This document shows positions 6,715 to 11,490 of a DNA stretch of 11,783 nucleotides, piece after piece. Under the pieces are notes generated by a model. The model made no database searches. It was not told where the DNA came from and saw nothing but the letters and a program-made list of their open reading frames with translations. Origin of the DNA: a virus; IMG/VR virus record IMGVR_UViG_3300022235_000070; one strand, 5' to 3'. The translations under genes and the position numbers were made by a program. How positions within the stretch are numbered: the first letter of the stretch is position 1; every line of letters starts with the position of its first letter.

Positions 6715-6972
6715 CTGGGCATTTGCTACGCCGCGAGCTGCACTGAGGATGAGTTCAGTTCAACTGAAGTCATCGAGCAAACCCCGCGCGCGCGCGAGCT
6801 GCACCAGGTGTCCGATTTCGGACACGTCATCGTGCACCGAGGCAAACCCCACGCGCAGGGGTGAGACCGGGGTGTGGAAATATTTCCACACCCTGCTTCT
6901 GCGCCTTTGTCGCTTAGGGAAATGTTTCCCGAAGCGTTTTTAGGGCAAACCCCATGAGCGCGAGAGCTACAG
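6715..6972 (+). repeat. Array of four degenerate ~29-nt direct repeats separated by palindrome-containing spacers (32, 36 and 74 nt)
   Basis: Repeats: R1 6715-6743 (only its 3' 12 nt CGCGAGCTGCAC match R2), R2 6776-6804, R3 6841-6869, R4 6944-6972. GCAAACCCC is exact in R2, R3 and R4. R2 versus R4 is 22/29 and R2 versus R3 is 18/29. Spacers hold a 27-nt near-palindrome (6748-6774), GTGTCCG-ATTT-CGGACAC (6808-6825), a perfect 24-nt palindrome GGGTGTGGAAATATTTCCACACCC (6870-6893), and the hairpin at 6911-6936. Confidence 0.8.
6911..6941 (+). terminator. Candidate intrinsic terminator inside the repeat block
   Basis: CGCTTAGGGAAA-TG-TTTCCCGAAGCG forms a 12-bp stem with one A/G mismatch, followed by TTTTT (6937-6941). 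Confidence 0.5.
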
Positions 6973-7025
6973 TTTACAGAATACGGTGGCAGTTTTCATA
7001 ATGTTAGTTATGCGAAGTAACAGCA

Positions 7026-7047
7026 AGCCCTCTAGCTGGGCTTTTTT
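7026..7047 (+). terminator. Candidate intrinsic terminator closing the long rightward (late) transcription unit
   Basis: AGCCC-TCTAGCT-GGGCT is followed by TTTTT(T). A second small GCG-TTG-CGC hairpin plus T6 follows at about 7048-7070. The next promoter starts about 55 nt downstream. Confidence 0.5.
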
Positions 7048-7106
7048 GCGTTGCGCTTTTTTATTCATTCAGACGCACAAATAAAGAATATTTATTAGGG
7101 GTGTTT

Positions 7107-7149
7107 ATGTGAAAATGGGGTTGACTATATGAAAATGTTACGCTATACT
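7107..7149 (+). promoter_or_regulatory. Sigma-70/SigA-type promoter (TTGACT-17-TATACT) flanked by two 11-nt direct repeats
   Basis: -35 TTGACT at 7121-7126, a 17-nt spacer, -10 TATACT at 7144-7149. ATGTGAAAATG (7107-7117) and ATATGAAAATG (7127-7137) are 10/11 identical and 20 nt apart, bracketing the -35. Confidence 0.7.
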
Positions 7150-7168
7150 ATAGATGGAGGTGCAAGGA

Positions 7169-7357
7169 ATGGAAAAATTACTAACCACCCAAGAGGTAGC
7201 AGACTATTTGGGACTAACACGCAGAACCATTTACACCTATATCGAAAGCAAAACCTTGCCAGCAGTTAAGATCGGCAAAGAATGGAGGATAAAAAAGAGC
7301 GAGCTGGAGGCGTTCATTAACCGCGGCAGCGGTGAGATAAAAGACAAGGAGGATTAG
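7169..7357 (+). CDS. Excisionase/MerR-superfamily HTH DNA-binding protein (AlpA/Xis-like, 62 aa)
   Basis: ATG 7169 is preceded by GGAGGTG; track start 7154 is upstream of that RBS. LLTTQEVADYLGLTRRTIYTYIESKTLPAVKIGKEWRIKKSELEAFI is the classic excisionase-family HTH pattern. Confidence 0.8.
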   Translation: MEKLLTTQEVADYLGLTRRTIYTYIESKTLPAVKIGKEWRIKKSELEAFINRGSGEIKDKED

Positions 7358-7361
7358 AACG

Positions 7362-7598
7362 ATGACAAAATGGGAAGTTGTATCAGTGAGGCCCATACCA
7401 GGAAGTAATGGCCGTGGGTTTGAGGTGGAGGTTCGGGAAACGATGAAGGAAACGATTAAGGAAGGATGGATGGGCGAACTTATTGAGATTGCGAGCAGGC
7501 TGCCGAATGTTGAGTTGAAAAGATTGTTGTGGTTCGCCAGAGCCTTCGAGAAACAAGTAAAAGAGGGCGCACCAGCGGGAACCAGTGAAGCCCTCTAA
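7362..7598 (+). CDS. Hypothetical protein (78 aa)
   Basis: RBS AAGGAGGA is upstream of ATG 7362. It is tightly spaced after the HTH gene. No recognisable motif. Confidence 0.55.
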   Translation: MTKWEVVSVRPIPGSNGRGFEVEVRETMKETIKEGWMGELIEIASRLPNVELKRLLWFARAFEKQVKEGAPAGTSEAL

Positions 7599-7675
7599 AG
7601 GACACCAAAGCCCTTTTGCCAATTATATCACGGCGAGAGGGCCTTTTACCATACTGAAACGGAGGAACCGAAGGA

Positions 7676-7885
7676 ATGTACAGAGAGCATGTAAACGAGC
7701 GCATACAAGAGCGAGCCAACGAGCTAATAGCCTTGATGAAGAAAGAAGTGGAAGTTGCCGAAAGTGTTCACGGCCAGGTTCCCATTGATGATCTTGATTA
7801 TTGGAGCCTATTGGCCTATAAGTGCGCCATTATGTTATGGAAAAAGCGCAGGGGAGGGATACCTTGGACAAGTGTCCAAGGATAG
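7676..7885 (+). CDS. Hypothetical protein (69 aa)
   Basis: RBS ACGGAGGAA is upstream of ATG 7676. The N-terminal half looks helical. The 3' end overlaps the TGTCYA half-site cluster. Confidence 0.5.
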   Translation: MYREHVNERIQERANELIALMKKEVEVAESVHGQVPIDDLDYWSLLAYKCAIMLWKKRRGGIPWTSVQG

Positions 7886-7971
7886 TGTCCAGGGGTAATT
7901 GTCTAGGGTAGACACGATGACCAGGGGTGCCGTACAGGGTAGACAGGAAGGGTGGACAATGTGCAGGGGTA
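7862..7971. promoter_or_regulatory. Dense cluster of TGTCYA/TRGACA half-sites and CAGGGGT repeats (operator array or iterons)
   Basis: Half-sites: TGGACA 7865, TGTCCA 7873, TGTCCA 7886, TGTCTA 7900, TAGACA 7909, TAGACA 7940, TGGACA 7953. There is a 20-nt palindrome CCTTGGACA-AG-TGTCCAAGG (7862-7881) and an inverted repeat TGTCTA-GGG-TAGACA (7900-7914). AGGGTAGACA occurs twice (7906, 7937). CCAGGGGT occurs at 7889 and 7921, and GCAGGGGT at 7963. Confidence 0.7.
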
Positions 7972-8341
7972 TTTGACAGTTAGAGAAGCTGCAGAACAGC
8001 TAGGTATTAGTGAAAAAACAGTACGCAGACGCATTAAGAACGGTTCCCTTCCTGCCGAGCTGAAGCAAGGGGACTATGGACAACAATACTTTATTCCTGC
8101 CGATGCTATCGAAACAGCCCAAGCCATTACAGACGTTGTGGAAGTTAAGCGTGTACACGATGTCCAGGCCTTGTCTATGGCCGTTGTCCAGGCCCTGGAC
8201 GAAAGAAACAAGACCCTGGAGAGTGAGCTTGCAACCATTCGTGAGGAATTGGCAGCCACAAGGGAGGCCTTGCAGAAGCTGCAGGAAACATTAACCCAAC
8301 AACAGCGACCAAGGGCGTGGTGGAGGTTCTGGGAGAAATAA
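7961..8341 (+). CDS. MerR/excisionase-type HTH protein with C-terminal coiled coil (126 aa)
   Basis: GTG 7961 is preceded by GGAAGGGTGG; GTG 7952 and TTG 7973 are alternatives. LTVREAAEQLGISEKTVRRRIKNGSLPA is an HTH. The C-terminus LESELATIREELAATREALQKLQETL has a heptad-like pattern, followed by an aromatic/basic tail RPRAWWRFWEK. Confidence 0.7.
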   Translation: MQGYLTVREAAEQLGISEKTVRRRIKNGSLPAELKQGDYGQQYFIPADAIETAQAITDVVEVKRVHDVQALSMAVVQALDERNKTLESELATIREELAATREALQKLQETLTQQQRPRAWWRFWEK

Positions 8342-8402
8342 TTCTTAGTTGGGTGAACAAAACAAGGCGAATTCCATAGAAGGAGTTTTTTTGAGAAGAT
8401 GG

Positions 8403-8432
8403 TTGACAAGCCCATAGTTGGGGGTTTATACT
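8403..8432 (+). promoter_or_regulatory. Sigma-70/SigA-type promoter (TTGACA-18-TATACT)
   Basis: -35 TTGACA at 8403-8408 and -10 TATACT at 8427-8432, with a T-rich tract upstream. It sits ahead of the MerR-like gene and the primase-polymerase. Confidence 0.65.
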
Positions 8433-8491
8433 AATGAAAAAGGCTTTCGCTTACAACAGCGCAAGAAGTGTGCCCTTCTGGAGGTGATTGT

Positions 8492-9037
8492 GTGCAACAA
8501 GCTGCGGAAACGTTGTTTGCCGATAATGTGAACTATAACAGCCAGCTGATGAAGCGCAGAGCTGCTAAACGTACAAAGGTAGGAGAGCACAAAGTGGGGC
8601 CTGAAGAAGCGGTGCAAAGGTTAAGTGAGCTGGGAATTGAAATAACTGGACGAACCCTGCAAAACTGGGCATACCGCTATAAGGTGATAACCAAGCCCAA
8701 GACAGGAAGCTATGGAAAGGGCCGCGGACGTTGGGCACATTACAGCGAAGTAGCAATTAAAGAAGCGGTTACGGTACACATTTTGCGAGAAAAGCACCGC
8801 ATGACCATAAAAGAAATAGCTGAGGCCAGGAAGAACCCTGACACCGACCACGGCATTATATGGGCCTTCCACTATGCGCTGTTTGAACTAAGCGGCGACC
8901 TGGAGAATTCAATGAACCCTTCCTTCGACTTCTTGAAGCAGTACAGCGACCACCCAGCGGTTAGGCGGTATTTCAAGCGCAGCATGGAGAAGCTGCAGGA
9001 AATGTTCCCGGGGGCAATAATGGGGACGTATAGATAG
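8492..9037 (+). CDS. MerR-family HTH domain protein (181 aa)
   Basis: GTG 8492 lies 5 nt after GGAGGTG (8480-8486); track start 8468 lies upstream of that RBS. LGIEITGRTLQNWAYRYKVITKPKT...GRGRWAHYSEVAIKEAVTVHILREKHRMTIKEIAEA follows the MerR wHTH layout (RTLxxW...Y...L...I.EI). Confidence 0.6.
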   Translation: MQQAAETLFADNVNYNSQLMKRRAAKRTKVGEHKVGPEEAVQRLSELGIEITGRTLQNWAYRYKVITKPKTGSYGKGRGRWAHYSEVAIKEAVTVHILREKHRMTIKEIAEARKNPDTDHGIIWAFHYALFELSGDLENSMNPSFDFLKQYSDHPAVRRYFKRSMEKLQEMFPGAIMGTYR

Positions 9038-9084
9038 TAAAAAAGGATCAATGCACCAAGACGGCGAATTGAGCCTACACAAAA

Positions 9085-9135
9085 TAAAATAAAAAAAGGG
9101 CCACTCTTTAGCTTTTTGGCAGAGGCTAGAGTGGC
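9085..9135 (-). terminator. Canonical intrinsic terminator oriented on the minus strand
   Basis: The minus-strand RNA reads GCCACUCU-AGC-(12-nt loop)-GCU-AA-AGAGUGGC, followed by CC-UUUUUUU-A-UUUU-A-UUUU. On the + strand the same hairpin is followed by ACAAGGGCTG with no U-tract. Confidence 0.65.
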
Positions 9136-9202
9136 ACAAGGGCTGAAACTTGAACACGCTGACGGGCGTTTTGTTCAAGCTATAAGGTTTTGGAAACCTT
9201 GT
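9085..9202 (-). ncRNA. Putative ~115-nt antisense RNA complementary to the primase-polymerase leader
   Basis: A minus-strand extended -10 TGgTATACT (9217 down to 9209) predicts a start near 9200. The transcript would carry hairpins AAGGUUU-CCA-AAACCUU (9184-9200) and CUUGAACA(AAA)CGC...GCGUGUUCAAG (9149-9179), plus the terminator hairpin. The -35 is poor, so the promoter call rests on the extended -10 only. Confidence 0.35.
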
Positions 9203-9267
9203 GGATATAGTATACCACAAAAGAGGAGTAAATTCCTCCTTACAAAGGATATTTTTCAAAACCCTGC

Positions 9268-9293
9268 CCTGCAACACAAGTGCAGGTTTTTTT
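9268..9293 (+). terminator. Short plus-strand terminator/attenuator just upstream of the primase-polymerase RBS
   Basis: CCTGCA (9268-9273), ACACAAG, TGCAGG (9281-9286), then seven T (9287-9293). A third segment CCTGCA at 9298-9303 can pair with TGCAGG instead, giving mutually exclusive structures. Confidence 0.45.
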
Positions 9294-9333
9294 ATTACCT
9301 GCAGCCACCCAAGCAAACGAGGGGGAAGAATGA

Positions 9334-10761
9334 ATGGCAAAACTAACGGCAGTAAGACAAGTACCAAGCGAAACATTGAAGAAGGCCACGGAATACATAA
9401 CTCGCGGATGGGCCTTAATACCCTTTTCGCCAATAAGCAAGAACCCGTTATTTGACCTGCTGCCACTTTCAGAGGACGGCCAAGGCGTAAGCTGGAAGCC
9501 ACTGGCCAAGAACAAGGCCACAGTAGAAGTTGTTCAAAGGTGGCTAGAAGCATGGCCTAATATGAATTTGGGCATTATATGCGGCCAGGCAAGCGGGATC
9601 GTTATCATTGATACTGATAAACCTTTAAGGTGGCCGATGGAATACCTCACCCCAACGGTTAAGACTAGGCGAGGCTATCACTATTACCTAAAAACCGACC
9701 GGCCTTATAAGAGCGTGGTAATTAAAAGCAAAACGGGCGAAGCATACGGAGAACTTAGAGCCGAAGGAAACGTTACAATAATTCCACCTTCAACACACGT
9801 TGAAACAGGCCAGCCCTATGAATGGGTGGATGGTTTAGGAATAGATGATGTTCCTATGCAACCGATCACCAAAAACCTTATAAAAGCCTTTGTTAAGCTG
9901 AACCCTCACCTTGAAGAAATAACCCTGGAAGAAGATCGAAAACGGATTGAAGCAAGAAAGAATATTCTTCCTTGCTTCAATGAACCCAGGCCCTATAATT
10001 CTGAGCAAGACGCGGTGGTTCGTTCCAGTATTCCCTACATGGAATACCTTCAGGATCCGCGCGTGGTAATTAGCATAATGCAAGAAATGGGTTGTGATGT
10101 GAAGGCATTGGGCCAGGCGTTTAGTTGCCCTATTCATGGCCCAGATGAACACCCCAGCGCAGCGTTATATGTTCCTCATGACGAAGGTTTTATTTCCATG
10201 ATGGACTTTCACAATAGAAAACTAGTGCCTATTCCTGATCTTTACGCGGCCCACGTTAAAGGCAAATATGAACCGTTAGGCACAGGTGAAAGGGCCTTGT
10301 GGTGGATTCGCTGTTTGGTGGATCACGGCTACATTGATTACCCCAGAATATTAGCACGACCGTTACCCGAAGAAGCACCTGAAGCGGCTAAAGAGCTTTA
10401 CAAGGGTTTTGTCATGCTGCTGGGAATTCGCAAGCTGTACAATGCAGATCAGACAGCAACACCATTTTCCTGGCGGTTCGCGGCTGGATGGTGTGGCGGT
10501 TTAACTAACTACAAGATCAAACAAGGCATGGCCTGGTTATTAAAGCACGGCTTCATTCACAAGACGGGAACCACTTCAAGCAGAACGGCCCTATTTGCTT
10601 TACAGCCTGCCGAGGAAACTGCTGCTGTGGCCACGACAGAGGCGGGAAAAACGCAGGTGTACAATTTTGTACACCACGCAAATCAGGATCACCCCGCGCA
10701 TGCGGGAACAGACATCCGGGAAAATTTTCCCGGAAGTGAGCTTGTCCCTTTTCCAGAATAG
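9334..10761 (+). CDS. Primase-polymerase (AEP superfamily, Prim-Pol N-terminal domain) with uncharacterised C-terminal half; no helicase motifs seen
   Basis: RBS GAGGGGGAAG is upstream of ATG 9334. The motifs are RGWALIPFSP, NLGIICGQASGIVIIDTDKP (DxD), TRRGYHYYL (sGxH) and VTIIPPSTHVETGQPYEW. No GxxxxGK[ST] motif occurs anywhere in the 475 aa. Confidence 0.85.
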   Translation: MAKLTAVRQVPSETLKKATEYITRGWALIPFSPISKNPLFDLLPLSEDGQGVSWKPLAKNKATVEVVQRWLEAWPNMNLGIICGQASGIVIIDTDKPLRWPMEYLTPTVKTRRGYHYYLKTDRPYKSVVIKSKTGEAYGELRAEGNVTIIPPSTHVETGQPYEWVDGLGIDDVPMQPITKNLIKAFVKLNPHLEEITLEEDRKRIEARKNILPCFNEPRPYNSEQDAVVRSSIPYMEYLQDPRVVISIMQEMGCDVKALGQAFSCPIHGPDEHPSAALYVPHDEGFISMMDFHNRKLVPIPDLYAAHVKGKYEPLGTGERALWWIRCLVDHGYIDYPRILARPLPEEAPEAAKELYKGFVMLLGIRKLYNADQTATPFSWRFAAGWCGGLTNYKIKQGMAWLLKHGFIHKTGTTSSRTALFALQPAEETAAVATTEAGKTQVYNFVHHANQDHPAHAGTDIRENFPGSELVPFPE

Positions 10762-10822
10762 CCCTCTGACGCACCAGGATGGCCCAGGACGGGCGGAAAT
10801 ACACAGGGGGTAGTTAGGGGTT
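10762..10822. repeat. Copy B of the GCCCT...CGCACCAGG...ATGGCCCAGGACGGGCG repeat
   Basis: It starts immediately after the primase-polymerase stop. The 17-nt exact match (10779-10795) to 6611-6627 is flanked by imperfect similarity on both sides. Confidence 0.85.
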
Positions 10823-10909
10823 GCCTTAATCACTTCGGGGCCTAGAAACGGCTTAAAAACGCTTGGAGGTGTTGGATATGCCTAAAACCATACAGAAGGG
10901 ATGGCCGTA

Positions 10910-11032
10910 ATGAGTAGAATTTGCACGATGTGCAAGAAGAACTGTAAGCAGGTTATAGGGCAAGTGGTGAGCTGCCTAAAGTTTGAAAAGAAGGAGCGAG
11001 CGAGTAATGAAAAAGACAAAACCAGGGGGTGA
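10910..11032 (+). CDS. Possible 40-aa Cys-rich micro-protein (MSRICTMCKKNCKQVIGQVVSCLKF...)
   Basis: It is below the track cutoff. ATG 10910 overlaps the TAA of a 10-codon ORF (10878-10910, MPKTIQKGWP) that has a strong GGAGGTG RBS. It contains CxxC-x3-C-x9-C. Support is only ORF plus coupling geometry. Confidence 0.3.
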   Translation: MSRICTMCKKNCKQVIGQVVSCLKFEKKERASNEKDKTRG

Positions 11033-11195
11033 GCTGAACATGGCCGAACAGAAGGCCAAAGACATTGTTTGTGCTTGCGATAAGTGCGGCCTTGCTAATT
11101 ATCCATTCAAGACAGAGCTGGAGAACCTGGGGGTAATTAAGGGCTTTTATCGGTGTAAGCGGTGCGGCTGGAGTTATCTATTTTTTTGGCGGTAA
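11007..11195 (+). CDS. Small zinc-ribbon protein (62 aa)
   Basis: ATG 11007 lies 9 nt after AAGGAG (10991-10996); track start TTG 10983 is less likely. CACDKCG ... CKRCG gives two CxxC knuckles about 30 residues apart. Confidence 0.55.
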   Translation: MKKTKPGGELNMAEQKAKDIVCACDKCGLANYPFKTELENLGVIKGFYRCKRCGWSYLFFWR

Positions 11196-11196
11196 T

Positions 11197-11221
11197 GTTT
11201 ACATTGTAGATATTGTAAACA
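11197..11221. repeat. 25-nt box GTTTACATTGTAGATATTGTAAACA (copy 2 of 2)
   Basis: 24/25 identical to 3633-3657. It begins 2 nt after the preceding stop and overlaps the -35 of the promoter below. A 10-nt palindrome AACAATTGTT follows at 11223-11232. Confidence 0.85.
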
Positions 11222-11241
11222 GAACAATTGTTTGGTATAAT
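11213..11241 (+). promoter_or_regulatory. Promoter with extended -10 (TTGTAA-17-TGgTATAAT) for the csd-portal-head operon
   Basis: -35 TTGTAA at 11213-11218 and -10 TATAAT at 11236-11241, with TG at 11233-11234. It lies 30 nt upstream of the CSD gene start. Confidence 0.65.
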
Positions 11242-11270
11242 TAAACTAGGGTGCAAAGGAGCTGGTGAAA

Positions 11271-11489
11271 ATGACACTAGAGCAAAAGAAGGGCGTTGTG
11301 AAAACGCAGTTTCGTGATCGTGGATATGGGTTCATTGTGGGCGAAGATGGCGAAGACTACTACTTCAACAAAAGCGGGTTCAGGGGCAGCTGGAAAGAGC
11401 TAACCGAAGGGGATCGAGTTACCTTTGAGCTGGTTCCAGACGGCGAAAAAATGAAGGCGGTAAACGTTAAGCTGTTGGGCGGTGAATAG
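11271..11489 (+). CDS. Cold-shock-domain (CspA-like OB-fold) protein (72 aa)
   Basis: ATG 11271 lies 9 nt after AAGGAG (11256-11261). GVVKTQFRDRGYGFIVGEDGEDYYFNKSGF...LTEGDRVTFELVPDGEKMKAVNVKLL parallels the CspA layout (G.VKWF...GFGFI...D.FVH.S......L.EGQ.V.F....G..G..A.NV). Confidence 0.75.
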   Translation: MTLEQKKGVVKTQFRDRGYGFIVGEDGEDYYFNKSGFRGSWKELTEGDRVTFELVPDGEKMKAVNVKLLGGE

Positions 11490-11490
11490 G

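Noticed and set aside
6423-6943. Plus-strand ORFs 6423..6746 (107 aa) and 6749..6943 (64 aa) in the repeat block
   Set aside because: The first overlaps the RHH gene out of frame. Both are translations of GC-rich repeats and palindromes (Arg/Ser/Cys/Ala-rich). Neither has a properly spaced RBS: for 6749 the GAGG abuts the ATG.
6715-6972. Calling the repeat block a bona fide CRISPR array
   Set aside because: Only four repeats are present and they are degenerate: 22/29 and 18/29 identity, and R1 matches over just 12 nt. Spacer lengths are unequal (32, 36, 74). Every spacer is itself a palindrome. No cas genes or leader are present. It is kept only as a CRISPR-repeat-like/ncRNA/operator hypothesis.
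9116-9455. Plus-strand ORFs 9116..9346 and 9201..9455 in the PrimPol leader
   Set aside because: They are built from consecutive hairpins, lack RBSs, and overlap the well-supported PrimPol start in other frames.
8909-9553. 214-aa minus-strand ORF spanning the PrimPol leader
   Set aside because: It runs straight through the minus-strand intrinsic terminator (9085-9135) and overlaps two + strand genes. Its composition is Leu/Pro/Arg-rich with no motif or RBS.
6611-10795. Treating the 17-nt direct repeats as attL/attR of an integrated island
   Set aside because: The sequence is circular and both copies are internal to it. No integrase is present. The copies sit in 3'-flanking positions of genes rather than at a junction with foreign DNA. 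They are reported instead as module-bracketing repeats.
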